Below are positions 1 to 12,400 of a stretch of DNA of 64,000 nt, one piece after another. Below the pieces are notes generated by a model. It saw only the letters and a program-made list of their open reading frames with translations. It was not told the origin of the DNA and ran no database searches. The translations under genes were made by a program, and so were the position numbers. Origin of the DNA: Amoebophrya sp. A120 (Eukaryota; Protista; Dinoflagellata); contig CAJINV010000005.1 of NCBI GenBank assembly GCA_905178155.1, positions 3,106,833-3,170,832 of the forward strand, read 5' to 3'. The first letter of the stretch is position 1. Each line of letters begins with the position of its first letter.

Positions 1-2
1 TG

Positions 3-3000
3 ATGGACAACAAGCTGTGCCGGAAGAAAAAAAGCCTCCTCGACGAACGAGGGACGGAGTTAGTGGGTATCGGCTGGTCGAGCAACAGCACGGTCTACTC
101 CGGGACCGCGAATTTGCGGACGTGTAAAAAAGTGGAGTATTACAACTACAAAAATTACAGCATTTCCAACTTCGAGGAAAGTATAATACCCAGCGGAGAT
201 CTGATGTCGAATGCAAATTTCTCCATGGGCGGCGGTAACAGCAGCAGCAACGCAAGCAAGAAGTCCTCAACAAAAGACAGCGTCGCTGCTGTCACTCTTC
301 CGCAGTTAGCGAGAGAATTGTTCCACCTCCGCCAGGACGACCCATCGGTGCCTAATTTGCTAAACCCGCAACCTGGCCTGGACATGCTCGGGAAACGGTG
401 CGACGCGATCAAGAAAACCATGAACTTGGAGGAGCTGGGGCTGCACCGTTCCGGCTACATCAAAATCTCGGTCGAAGTGTGGACCCTGTTCTGGTCCCCG
501 CACGACAGTCTGCAGGGCACGGCCTCGGTGAAAAGGGAAGAGCGGGTGTGGCTGAAGGCTAACGGGGTGGAGCTCGACGGGGTCACCATCAACGACGGCA
601 ACTGCCGAAGGACGGACGTGGGGTTCTTAGGCACGACGGGGGAAAATTTCGATAGCGACGGAGACGATTTTTCGTCCTACGCTTCCGCGCTCAAGGACGC
701 AACTGGAAGTAGTGGTGACAAAAATGATACTTCTGCCTCGCTGCAACCAGATCCCGTCACTCTGATCCAGCAATTCCCGGCGACGGCTTCCGCGGCGTAC
801 CGCATGCGTCGCTCGAGACCGCTGGCCACCTTTGCCGGCTGGCCCGCGGAGTCGGCGTATTACTTGGACGACAAAAAACATGGCGGACCGGTTTGCGTGG
901 GCATCCTTACCGGGTACGCTTTTTACAAGTATCCGAACAACATGGAGGTCGAGATCGGTGTAAGTCAGCCGGACCGGCTCAATTTCGCGCTGGACCAGTT
1001 CCACGTCGACTATGACGCCGATCAGCAAGACTTGTGGAAGAACGCCAGCCTCGGCATTCCCGAAGCGATCGTCCGTGTGGCCGAACTCGAGGCGAAGGAG
1101 CAGGGCGTGGCGGTGCAGGAGGTTCTGCAGGGAATCGATGGACTGACTTCAAATGAAACCAACACTACGAACGAGACGAATGAAACGGGATCAACTTCTC
1201 TGTTCAACGGAACAACTGACGCAGCCGCGACTTTGTTCCCGCTTCCCACGCTCGCGTTTTCGACCTACACCCAGCTGTGGAGCGCTTTTTTCGACATGTT
1301 CTACCGAAAAAACGCGACGGGGAACTTGACAGTGGACGGGAAAATTGTGGTCGCGAATAAAAGCACCGGCAACGTGGCCATCACGGATTGGAATTACACT
1401 TGGAACGAGTCATCTAGCACTCGTCGTACTGGCGATGGTTATTCCTACAACTCAAATACAGCACCAGGAATGACGAAGGGTAACAACTCTGCTCTGAACA
1501 CGACGTCCGGTGTGCCTGTCAACCAATTTTCCCCGAATTTCGGCTACAACCCCTTCGAGCAGCAATTACTCCTGCTCCAAAAAGCGCAGCGCGCCGCGTC
1601 GCAGGTTCTCTCGACGTCGCATGAGGATCAGCAGGAACATTCAAAGGTGTATTCGGATAATTCCCTTTCGAGGACGTCAACGTCAACCACGGCGGGAAGA
1701 AAAGCAAAAGACCAGAACGTCAGAGAAAACAGAAAATTGCAAAAGAAAAAAGAAAATGGAAATCTGCACCCAGTTATCGGCGCTTTGACCTCCGCACAGC
1801 AGGCGCTGGATAAACTGACGCGGCAAAGGGAGGACACCATCAAGCACAGGCGGGCACTAGACGCTGGCGACGACTATGGTGAAGACGGGAAGAAGAGTTC
1901 CGCGGCGGAAAATCGTGGCAGCGGCAGCACGGAAATAGAAAAATGGCTGAAGGACGGTGAAGACCTCGACCAAGAGAAAAAATCCGTCGTACCCACGATC
2001 GCCGGGCCGGCGGCGGTAGACAGCAGCGGGAGCGCGATACTGAATAGAAGTAAAGCTGCTGCGCAGAGAAATGGTAAGGAGACCACTCCGGGACAACTTG
2101 TAGACGGACACGAGGCAGGAGACCGCACACCACCAGTAGTTGACGAAAGCAAAAAACCGGTGCTGATCGGTGCCAAGCGAGAAGTGGAAGAATTCATTTC
2201 CGGTAATTCGAAACAGCGAGACGGACCATCATCGGAAATTGCTTCTGCTGCTGATAAAGCACCAGCATCGTCTTCCTCCTCTCTCTGGTCTGGTGTGACG
2301 GATTTGCTGGGTTTGAATGCAGGTGGACCTCCACCTCCACCAGCAGGTGCGGAGGCTCCTGCTGGTTCTGGTACCAGTAGCGAAGAAGAGAAGAAGGGTT
2401 CATCTTCTGCTACTACTTCAACCGGATTACTAGGCACTTCTTCAGTGTCGCCTAGTTCGACAGAAAATCGTGCAGATCAAATATCGTCTTCAGCCTCGAG
2501 CACTACAACTGGGGAAGAAAGCAGGAGCCATGTAGACTTGCTGTCGGGCACACTGCCGCCGGGGGGAATCGACATAAAACTCCCGGCAGACTACATGAAA
2601 AAAGATGCTCGTGGTCCCGCTGCACCGGCTCGCGCGGAGGTAAACACGCAGCAGCACGATGAAGATCAGGCACAAGAACAAAGCAAAAAGACTGCGGGAA
2701 AAAACAAATCCGAAGATGAGGAGGAAGATCATCGAATGTTGACCAGCACTACAAGGGCCGTAAAGGACGTGAAGGATACGCGTAAGGAGCAGGATCATTT
2801 TTTTCCTTCTCAGAAAGAAAAAGAGGAGGTGGAAAAGCTTGAGGACAAGATTCCAGCTGAGCGAAAGGCTGAGATCCTGCGGACGCTGACACGGGAAAGA
2901 ATAGAAGACCAGACGAGAACCTCCGGTGCAAATTTGTCAGGAGATCATGGGAAGAGAGCACAACTGAAAGGAAAAAGACATCAAAACGAAAGAGAAAGAA

Positions 3001-3848
3001 GTTCCTTTGTGCAGGACGCTGTCGCGTCGAGTTCGTCAACGTCTACTTCCGTAGTTTTTAGAAGTAAAGACGAAAACAACTACAGCAAACAACAAGAAGA
3101 TCCACGACCCCATCATCCGCAAAATGGTGAGGAGCAGACCAGCAGTGACGACAATTCCATCAAGGAGAATAAAGAACAAGTAGACGACCATGGAAGTACA
3201 ACGGCCAGCGACAGCAGCGCGCCAAGTCAACATCAAGAAGATTTTCCGCACAGCGCGCTATTTCGCGCGTTCGCACCGATCGAGGCGCTTGTGCCGGTTC
3301 CGAGAGTAATCGAGAAGACGGACGAAGAAGTAGATCATGAGCAAGCGCCGGGACGACGGGGGAAGATAGATTCTCCAACTACAACCACTTCTGAAGAAGA
3401 GCAAAGCAAAGCAGGAGAAAAGGAGGGAAGTAGTAATTATTCAAGCACAGGTGGTGCTCAGGACCTATCATTGTTGCAGAAAAAGACAACGGCCTTCGCG
3501 CACGAACAAGAGGCACGGAAGAATGTCGCTCTCGCGAAAAAAACGGCGACAACTTTGACGCACGTACAGGAGGGGCAGCGGCACCCGTTGTTTGGCTCAA
3601 CCCTGATCGACGACGCAAACAAACCAAACGAGCACAACAAGCATGAGCGGAATAATGCTGCTGCAGAAGGAGCTTCTGGTCCTTCTCAATCTCATGTGCC
3701 TTTAACCTCGCATGGGCATGTCGGCCTTAGTACTCAGCCAGAAAATAGCGCCAATGTGGACCCGGGTCATCAGCGGTTGCTCACCCGCTTGAAACATCTG
3801 GAGAATGATGTGGATAAAAAGCGGAGCGAAAAAGATAAAGGGAGATAG
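3..3848 (+). CDS. Large hypothetical protein, possibly 5'-truncated by the window edge; structured N-terminal part and Ser/Glu/Lys-rich low-complexity C-terminal two-thirds
   Basis: Uninterrupted 1281-codon ORF with many N-x-S/T sequons; no domain recognised. Confidence 0.75.
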   Translation: MDNKLCRKKKSLLDERGTELVGIGWSSNSTVYSGTANLRTCKKVEYYNYKNYSISNFEESIIPSGDLMSNANFSMGGGNSSSNASKKSSTKDSVAAVTLPQLARELFHLRQDDPSVPNLLNPQPGLDMLGKRCDAIKKTMNLEELGLHRSGYIKISVEVWTLFWSPHDSLQGTASVKREERVWLKANGVELDGVTINDGNCRRTDVGFLGTTGENFDSDGDDFSSYASALKDATGSSGDKNDTSASLQPDPVTLIQQFPATASAAYRMRRSRPLATFAGWPAESAYYLDDKKHGGPVCVGILTGYAFYKYPNNMEVEIGVSQPDRLNFALDQFHVDYDADQQDLWKNASLGIPEAIVRVAELEAKEQGVAVQEVLQGIDGLTSNETNTTNETNETGSTSLFNGTTDAAATLFPLPTLAFSTYTQLWSAFFDMFYRKNATGNLTVDGKIVVANKSTGNVAITDWNYTWNESSSTRRTGDGYSYNSNTAPGMTKGNNSALNTTSGVPVNQFSPNFGYNPFEQQLLLLQKAQRAASQVLSTSHEDQQEHSKVYSDNSLSRTSTSTTAGRKAKDQNVRENRKLQKKKENGNLHPVIGALTSAQQALDKLTRQREDTIKHRRALDAGDDYGEDGKKSSAAENRGSGSTEIEKWLKDGEDLDQEKKSVVPTIAGPAAVDSSGSAILNRSKAAAQRNGKETTPGQLVDGHEAGDRTPPVVDESKKPVLIGAKREVEEFISGNSKQRDGPSSEIASAADKAPASSSSSLWSGVTDLLGLNAGGPPPPPAGAEAPAGSGTSSEEEKKGSSSATTSTGLLGTSSVSPSSTENRADQISSSASSTTTGEESRSHVDLLSGTLPPGGIDIKLPADYMKKDARGPAAPARAEVNTQQHDEDQAQEQSKKTAGKNKSEDEEEDHRMLTSTTRAVKDVKDTRKEQDHFFPSQKEKEEVEKLEDKIPAERKAEILRTLTRERIEDQTRTSGANLSGDHGKRAQLKGKRHQNERERSSFVQDAVASSSSTSTSVVFRSKDENNYSKQQEDPRPHHPQNGEEQTSSDDNSIKENKEQVDDHGSTTASDSSAPSQHQEDFPHSALFRAFAPIEALVPVPRVIEKTDEEVDHEQAPGRRGKIDSPTTTTSEEEQSKAGEKEGSSNYSSTGGAQDLSLLQKKTTAFAHEQEARKNVALAKKTATTLTHVQEGQRHPLFGSTLIDDANKPNEHNKHERNNAAAEGASGPSQSHVPLTSHGHVGLSTQPENSANVDPGHQRLLTRLKHLENDVDKKRSEKDKGR

Positions 3849-6368
3849 CTGAAAGGCAGAGAGCAACGAGAATAAATAGCCCCGAGGTGATTTTTTTTTG
3901 TAATTTACTAAAGTGCTGTCTACTGAGTCTGTTTTTTAGGGTTGGTTTCTTTTCCTAGTCTAAGTGTCAAGTTATTTGTGTACAAAAAATTTTGGCGGGC
4001 GAAAGTAACGCTATAGATAGTGAGTGCCTACCTTTGACGAGATTGGATGAGGATAAATTGATCTCTGCCGCCAGTGCCTACAGGCGCGGCCTCAAAAAGT
4101 CATTCTTTCAATTCCAAACACGAGTACTACCACCGGTACTCCTGCTTTTACCAAACCAGTTTCAAAACAGATCGGTTTTTGCAAATCGTTTCGAACTTTT
4201 TACTGCACATATGAAGATAAATGCTTCGTAATCTTATACCCCAAAAAAAATTTTGCAAACAAAAGATGCTCTGGTGTTTTTTGAATATCTAACGACTTCT
4301 AAAATTTATTGCAACGACAAGACGCCGGGTTTCGTTTTTGGCCTAAAAATCTACCAACACATCAACGTAGTATGTAAACTTCGATGCGTTTGCTGTTTCT
4401 GTGCAGAAAACAACTCAGCAGCTGCTTTCCGAGAAAAGTGAAGGGATTCCGTACTTACTTTCACAGAAACGCTGCGTCTATCGACGTACTATGAAAAGAC
4501 GTATTGCGTTTCGTATTTTTTTGAAAGGAATAACAGACTGTAGTAAACTAGTAGGTACATCAACACCGCTAGCATCGCGTGCAGCTGAACACAGTTGCGT
4601 TTCGTAGAGCAATCCAATCATAATTTTTGACGAGCACAGTTTGCAAAGCGGTAGCGCAGGAGATGGCGATGATCCAGAACCTGCGCTGGTGCTGCGCAAG
4701 CCATTGCCATTCTAAATTTGCTGAATTCATAAAGTTTTAGTTTACGTACGTTTATCTGAAAAAGACTAAGTAAGCAGTAGGGGTTTAGCGCACTTCCACT
4801 GACAAGCACCTTCATTTTCTGCAATGAAAATCACAACCGTATTCGTAATCGACTTCCAAGAAAAAAAGGACGAGACGCACAAAAACTTCTGACGCATGTT
4901 CGAATTTTGGGAAAATTTTGCAACGATTTCGCAAAGAAAATAGTAAGAACGAACTACAGAAACCACAGTGGTTTGGATTCCAGCAAAGCATCTCTGGGAG
5001 TTCGCACTACCGGTAGGCGAACTTAGCCGGAGAGTCTAGCGACTCCGATCTGTGTCAGTTGTTTTCAGGCTTTTTTAGAACAAAAAAAGTGCATTATCGC
5101 TACTATCCCACCGTAGTCCTAAGACTTCAACAACGCCACCGCCAGAAGTTACACGCGAAGATTTTGCGACTTTATCGCTACGTCGACGTAGAAACAAAAG
5201 TGGGACGAGAAAAACTCGTGGTGAGATCCGACAATGAGAAGAAACAGCTCCGAGGATGAACATAGTAAGCTCGTATACCTCGCCTAAAAAAACGAACAGA
5301 AATTGTCGACCTTACCGTGTGACGATGCTAATTTTTCTCGAATCAATGTAGACCTGTAGCTCCTTTTTCCTTTTTCTAGCCGATAGCTTGGTTTCCGCCA
5401 CCAGTCTGCTTACTACAAGCGTTTGATCTTCCAGTTAGGAAAGTTCTGTATCTCTCAGTTTATCCGCATCTGTAGCTGTTGTAGAAGTCAGTCTCTCCGC
5501 TTTATCCTTAAGTTAGTTGCAGTCAAAGTTGTCAACACATTTTCTACACTCACTCTGTTGAAAAAGCTCTACCATTGGACGCTTTGTGCTCTCCGCCTCC
5601 GGGTGTTGAGAAGCATCTTGTTAAACACAAGAATTGTTTTTAATGGGCATGTGCTCCTGCCCGGATTGGCGTCCACACTGGCATTTGGTAGTCGCGTGCC
5701 CGCGGTGCATAGCGTTGCGTCGTTCCCTGCCCCGGTCTAGTGAGCCACATGCAAAGAGGCCACCGCCAACCACCACCCTCTGAAGAATTTTCTGTATCTG
5801 TATCTGAGCTTGAGACGTCAACCGCAGACCTGGCCAAGACATGTGGACCAAAAAATAAAAATGACATGTGGATGATGAAGACACCAAGATCCATGGCTGA
5901 GATCCTGATGATCCCGTGCAACCTGTTGATCGTGCTAAAAAGGAAATAACGGTGAGGTCCGAAAGTTTATCTGTGTGTGCTAGCCAGATGATGATGATGA
6001 TGATGTGGCGCTCATCCGCGTCTTTGGTTGACATAAGTGCAGCCACAAAATGTAAATGCGCGATCATTCTCTGCTGATCGTAAAAGAAGATCGAGATCTT
6101 GGATTTTTCGATGGTTTGTCTGCAATACAACATACAGAACGCATCGATCATCGCAGGAGGAAGATCGTTGACGCGTTTAGCCAGTCTGGTGGTCCTGGTT
6201 CCCTTAGTTCCTGAGATCGAGGAGCTCGTGAGATGAATTAGCGTTCTTACGAGGACAGAACTACCTACAAGCGCTACCATGTTGGTATGCCATGATCTAC
6301 TTCTACATCAAACTCACACGCCCGCAACAACGTTGAACAGATAAGTAGTAGTAGCCAGCACAGAAAAA

Positions 6369-8783
6369 ATGTCCCCTATCACACAAATAAACCACAACAC
6401 AACCGCCGCTGCGGTCCACGCCTTTAGGCTGCCGACTAGGAACGGGTGCTGTGTGGCTGCGGACGGAAAAAAATCTCTAATCGCCTACGGGACATACCGA
6501 CTGGAGGAGAAAGAATGGCACTGTGAGGAGAATTTTTGTCCCGAAGGCGACGATAGGGATAGTCTAAGACGGATTGATTCGACGTTTGAAAGCAAAAATC
6601 TAGTTGAAAGCAGCAACTCGCCAGAAAGAGTCCTTGCCGCAGGCAACGATCTTCCCCTCCTGGCGCGGTCCGGCTCAATATTTTCCCGCAGTCCTCGAGA
6701 AGACCCTTTCCGGGCGGGGGAGATTTATATCTACGACGATTCACATTCATCACATGGAGCGTCTTCCACCACAACCCGTTGGAACAGCTACAATTCAGAC
6801 CCCCCTTTATTGCACACGATTCCTCTCCCCGGCGGCTGCTACGACCTGACTTTCGACCGAGATTTGGAGGCCTTTCTCGCGGTCTGCACGAACGGCGACC
6901 TGTTCTTCGTCCAGATTTTTGACGCCGACGCGGATGTTGAACTCGGCACCGGCAGATGGGGAAAGGAAAACGACGAGCATGGTGCGAGTTTGATTACTGA
7001 AGTCGAACTTCGGAGGCTGCGAGAGCTGGGTGAACAAAGTCCGGGTGAGCGAAAACTTGCCCCGCGAATTAGTACCACCCCGCTGGCGGCCCAGGTTGTA
7101 CCTGCACTTGTGTGCTCGGTGCCGGTGGGGCAAAAAAATGTATGCGAAACATACGACAAAACTGGCTTGTGGTCATCATCATCCTCAGCGACTGCTTCAG
7201 CACGACCTGCAAATAGAACGCCCCCGCCGTTGCTGACCCACATTGCGACAGACGGAAATTTCGTCGCGATAACCGACCAGTCCGGGCAGGTTCACGTCGG
7301 GGACAAGTTTCGCTTGCTCGAGGTAGCGAAAACGTTGAAGAAAGATGAAGTGGCCTGTAGTTCCACGCAGCTGCGGAATGGCGGGATGAAGACGGGAAGT
7401 TGTACTGAGACCTGGAGTTGTTCCGATCTTGAAGAAAGAACTAAAAGTTGCAGCACACAAGGACCTGCGATGGACAAAATGGAAATCTTAAAACCGCAAG
7501 AACAAATACACGACTATCTCGCCCACCTGTGGAGCAGCATACAAGCCCACGCTCCCAGTACGCCCGCCTGGACTTGCGCATTTGCGCCGGAGGAGGAGGT
7601 ACCTCGAGACGAAGGAATCGATAAGAACCTTATTCCAACAAGCGCACCAACTACGACGAGAAACTCGAAAATCTTAGCGACGGGTGGTGATGACGGGCTG
7701 ATGTGCTTGCTGCGAATTGATTTCGATACGGATCTTTACATCGGTGCACAACTTCCGCTTCCGGAACAAAGCCAAACTCAAACAAAAAGCATCAAAACCG
7801 AAGAACCAGAAGTTGCCCCAGAACCCGTAGAAGATAAGTCTACTGTCCTGGCGATGTTGACGTCAACCCCCGAGAAGGAAAAAAATCAAAGCCCCTTCGA
7901 CACACAGCACGAGGACTTATTTCAAAAAAAGACAACAATTAGTTGTGTCCGCAGTATTAATATCGAGATCCGCGTGGTCGCACAGACCTCTTGTCGCCAA
8001 CACGACGCCGGGGTGACGTCTCTGGCATGGGTGGACGCCCGAACCTTGGTAACGGGGAGCTACGACGAAAAAATCAGGGTCTTCGATGTTGTTTTTCACG
8101 AACGAGACGAGTCGGATGGAGAGGTTCCTCACACAACTGACAGAACAGCTTCGATCGACACTTTGTTCGAAAGCAAACGACAGGGGGATGGCGTCTACCG
8201 GCTGCAGCTTGTGGAAGATCAAGGAACAAGAAAAGACGATGAAAACGGTGGCTCTACGTCTACTCCCGTCCGTCGCTTGTTTCTGTTCGCCGCCACCATG
8301 CGCGAAGGCTTCCAGCGGTTCACACTTAATTATGATGCCACAACAAGAACATCATCCGATGCTGGCAAAAGCAAGGCTTCTCGGCTCGAACTCTCTCCAC
8401 CGTGCGCCTGGAACGTGATCGTACAGGACGAGGACAAGAACTTGCTGGTCTGTTGTATTGGCGACCGCGTAGCTCCTCTCCAAGAATCGAGGACGAGCCC
8501 GCTGATTTCTTGCGCTAAACCGCCCCTCCAGATAACGACCTCATCGTTGAAGCCGTGGAAGATGATGAAAAGTACTGTACAAGCCAGAGAACAAGTAGAA
8601 CACGAACAAGAGCAGGAGGAGACAGACCTGTCAGAAACTGATCCGGACGACTGTCCGCTGGCTTACGGGATGACCGTGGTCGGTAAAAACCGCTTGTTTC
8701 TCACCTGCTTTCGCGAAGAGGCGTACTGCGTAAATATGGATTTTAGTGAAGTAGATGTGAACATGGATTTGGTAGCGACATGA
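6369..8783 (+). CDS. DPH7: WD40-repeat protein, DPH7/WDR85 (diphthamide pathway)-like, with long insertions
   Basis: Motifs GTYRLE, AWTCAF, LATGGDDG, HDAGVTSL, LVTGSYDEKIRVFD, GDGVYRL and C-terminal LAYG occur in the order typical of DPH7. Confidence 0.7.
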   Translation: MSPITQINHNTTAAAVHAFRLPTRNGCCVAADGKKSLIAYGTYRLEEKEWHCEENFCPEGDDRDSLRRIDSTFESKNLVESSNSPERVLAAGNDLPLLARSGSIFSRSPREDPFRAGEIYIYDDSHSSHGASSTTTRWNSYNSDPPLLHTIPLPGGCYDLTFDRDLEAFLAVCTNGDLFFVQIFDADADVELGTGRWGKENDEHGASLITEVELRRLRELGEQSPGERKLAPRISTTPLAAQVVPALVCSVPVGQKNVCETYDKTGLWSSSSSATASARPANRTPPPLLTHIATDGNFVAITDQSGQVHVGDKFRLLEVAKTLKKDEVACSSTQLRNGGMKTGSCTETWSCSDLEERTKSCSTQGPAMDKMEILKPQEQIHDYLAHLWSSIQAHAPSTPAWTCAFAPEEEVPRDEGIDKNLIPTSAPTTTRNSKILATGGDDGLMCLLRIDFDTDLYIGAQLPLPEQSQTQTKSIKTEEPEVAPEPVEDKSTVLAMLTSTPEKEKNQSPFDTQHEDLFQKKTTISCVRSINIEIRVVAQTSCRQHDAGVTSLAWVDARTLVTGSYDEKIRVFDVVFHERDESDGEVPHTTDRTASIDTLFESKRQGDGVYRLQLVEDQGTRKDDENGGSTSTPVRRLFLFAATMREGFQRFTLNYDATTRTSSDAGKSKASRLELSPPCAWNVIVQDEDKNLLVCCIGDRVAPLQESRTSPLISCAKPPLQITTSSLKPWKMMKSTVQAREQVEHEQEQEETDLSETDPDDCPLAYGMTVVGKNRLFLTCFREEAYCVNMDFSEVDVNMDLVAT

Positions 8784-9404
8784 TGTTGGTTCTTTTTTGA
8801 TCTAGATGCAAGTCGAACTAACCACGACAAGGACGATGTTTTTGAAAAAGACCGTATGCGTCATTTCGAATTTTTCGCACGGGCAAGTTCAGAAGCGACT
8901 TTATTTTCACACGATCGATGAGGTAATAAGTTAAAGTATTCCTATTGCTTTAGAACGACTCTGATGTTCGTCCATCGCGCCACTTGCTCGTTGGGTCACC
9001 ATTCAGGTGTTAGTTTGTTGCCGAAATGGTTGTTCCTAACACTTAAAATGAATCCGCCGTGTTCATCCTACAAACGAATTGTACGTAAAACGAAACTTTT
9101 TCAATGGAGCGTGAGTGAGTATGTGCTTATAAGAATTTGATCCTAAAATAAATTGTACATACTGTAAATTCAGCACCAGCTAATAACGCCTGTGTCATTT
9201 TTCGATTGAACGACTTGGCATGGAAGGAGCATGGGAGAGCAAGAGGAGTGAGACCGAGAAATGCTGAATTTTTCAAGACGCGCCAACGACTAGGGGTGAG
9301 GCATTAAATGAGGCAGTAGATGATTGTCCTCACCCTCAGATCATGTCACGAAAAAGATGGCGCTTCTATGAAGCCGGTCTGAAATTTTTGTCTTGTTTGA
9401 AAGA

Positions 9405-12400
9405 ATGAGAACCGTACGCCGAGAAGTTTCTGCAAGAACCGCGGGTGCCGTGCCCGGTACGCACTCGCGTTTTTGCAGACCCACGTTTCTTGTGCTTGCT
9501 CTTCATCTACACCTGGATTTCTTCTTTGATCCCAGCAGCCAGGCGCTGGTTCGCGCTATCCAGGCTGGTGTCGCCGAGAAAGGCGCAGCGAGTTCGCGTG
9601 CGGTCAAGACTGACGAAAGAACTGCAGATCTTCATGCTGGCGGGTCCACTACTTTTTCCCAGCAGGGTGGAGACAATTTGCACGACATCAACTATTCGCA
9701 CGGCTACAGTGAGACGGCCGGTGGGGAGGGGACACTAACGAGTGGCGGCGGCGACTCATTACAGCAGAGAAGGGTCTTGCAGCTCCACAACGACGGTGAC
9801 TCCGAGGCGTATTCTCCGGAGGAAGCCAATGATCATGATCATGCACAGGCATCATTGCCTGGAAAAGCATAGACGCAACGGCCTTCTTCCTTCGCCAAGC
9901 TCGAGGACCAGGACAAGTACTATGAAGCATTCGAACAAGCAGCTGCACCAGCTGCACGGCAACAGCCGCAAAGCGAACCAGCCCAATCAACACAGCAAGA
10001 AAAATCGACCGCTGCTTCTCAGGATCATGTTCATCAGGATCAACATGCGGAAAACGAACAACAATCGCACGGAAATTTAGTTCCTGTGGACAGCTACAGC
10101 AACAGCGCCACGAGCTTGGAGGCCCGGGTGGAGCGGGCGGAAGCGGAAATGGCGCGGATGAGACAGCAGATGCTGGAAATGGAGGAGACCAAACGGGAGC
10201 TCGCAGCTCTGAAGAACGCTTTTGGAGAGGAAACCTCGTTTGTGCGGAAAGCGCTCGCGCGCGTTCGCTGGTGCGGGGCCATCACCGTCAGCTTGATCCG
10301 CTTTCTGCTCGAGTCGTTCATTTGCTACGAACGGGTAGACACGGTGTTTGGGTTTTACCTGCTGCTCTTCGCGTACGTGTCGATGGTCAGCGGGACGTTG
10401 ATGCCCGTCAAGATGATTTTCTTCCCGCACAAAATTCTCCTGAAGATTTCCCCCCAGGGGCTGGCGCAGAAGGTGCACGCGAAGCTTTCTCCCTTGGGTG
10501 GGCGTTTTGCCGCCACGACCGGCAGCTCCTCCTCGGGGGACCATCCTGGCGGGGACAGCACATCAGAGCAGAAGCAGGAGGGCGAGGACGCTGGCGACGA
10601 GAGGACTGGTGGTAGTCTTGCAACCATGGAGGTCGGGAGGGCAACTGCTCCTGTGAATGTTAAAGCAGAGGACGAACAGCGACAGTTGCCGGAAGAAACC
10701 GGGGCCGACGCCGAAGACCTGGACAAGCCTTCAACGAGAACAGAAGGGGAGGATCAGGCCCAAGCACAAGCCCCGGAGTACGAGGAAGGCAGAATGTTTC
10801 CGCGCGGTTTCCTGGCGGCGGGCACGCTGTCCTGCGTGTGCCAAGATAGCGACAGTGCGGAGGGGAAGCTGTTCACCCTATTCCTGGTGCTGTACATGAT
10901 GGCCACCTTGGTAAGCCAGTACCCTTTTCATGCTATCCCAACAGAGAAAACGCTAGCCTGTGCTTGTAATGCAAAAGTGAATTTTTTTTTTTTTTTAGAA
11001 TTTAAATTTAAATATAAGGCAAACAAGGCCTGTCGTGCATAGCCGAAACAGCGTGGTGTCCTATGGGCCTGCCCATGACAAGTTTTTTGTTCTTGCATTG
11101 GCTCTGCTAGCTCTTTTCTCTCCGTGTGATACACCCTTACCGCTCGTTCTGCCTCTGGCGAACGGAAGAAATGGCCAGTGACCGGGGCGATCTGGCGTCG
11201 CCGCGCATGAGTTCGGATTTCGAGATCGCTTTGCGCGCCGTTTGGCTGGTGGTACCCACCTACTTCTTCGTCGTAACGGCCGTGATACAAACACACAACC
11301 CGGATACAGACGAAGTCGAGAGCAGCACCGCGGCCCGCTCGGCGGCTGTATCGCGGATCGCCGCGGCGGAGGACGGCGAGGCGGCTGAGGACACGCCCCG
11401 GACGCGCACGCGAAAGCTCCGTGCGGCGACGCGGGAGAACCGCAGAGCCCAGGTGTTTTACCTCGTGCACTGGGCCGCCGCCACCACCGCCAGCCTCACC
11501 CTCCTCGTGTTCGAGATGGTGCAGCTCTTTTGGGGCGAGCAGGTTCCCCTATCGTACCTGACCGCGGTGTTCGACACCGATGCGGTGGACCTTTTCGACC
11601 AGCTGGCCACGCTATGCATTGCAAAAATGTCTGGGTCTGGAAGGTTGCAACTTGTCATGCTGTTTTTGAACTGTAAAAAAGTTTGTATTGCATGACCAGC
11701 AAGAGGGGTACAGTTTTTGCTACACGGACAGGGCATTTCTCATGCGGAAGGTGCATCAGGAAGCCCTCTAAAAGTCTGCGATGCTAGGTTAAGCATTACA
11801 GGCATCATGGGTCATGAGAAGTATGCATGACAAATCTTGCATTCTTCCAGGCCCAGGCATTTTTGCAGTTGATACACGCGGGAGGGCTACCTGTGGCACC
11901 TGGGGTGTCTGGACTATGCGCAGACCCCGCGGCCGTGGGAGCGGCATATCAAATGTAAAAATGTCTGGGTCTGGAAGAATGCAACTTGTCATGCTGCATT
12001 TGGATTCCAGAAAAATCTGTATTGCATGAGTACCAAAAGGAATGTGATTTTTGCTACGCGGAGAGGGCATTTGTCATGCGGAATAGGCATCAAGAAGCTC
12101 TGAAAAAATCTGTCATGCCAGGGCATGCATCACAGACATCAGGGCTCATGCAAAACGTGCATGACAAGTGTCAGAATGTTCCAGACCCAGACATTTTTAC
12201 AGTTGATACGGCATACCTGGCTCCGACTCCTCGGCATCTGCCTGGCCCTTTGCTGCGCGATTTCGTTCCTCACCATGCGGGCCATCCTGAAGAAAGTGCT
12301 CCCGCCCATGCAGGATTCCTCACTGGTGCAGCTACCCTCGTCCACCTCCCGGACCACCCGAGGCCACGTATCAAAAATGCAAATATCGATCTGGGTTTGG

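Noticed and set aside
3591-3600. TTTGGCTCAA matching the 3' part of the dinoflagellate spliced leader
   Set aside because: Only 10 nt, lacks the terminal G and lies inside a long CDS; expected by chance.
5621-6280. 219-aa - strand ORF
   Set aside because: No recognisable motifs, composition unlike the real genes, and opposite to the local gene orientation.
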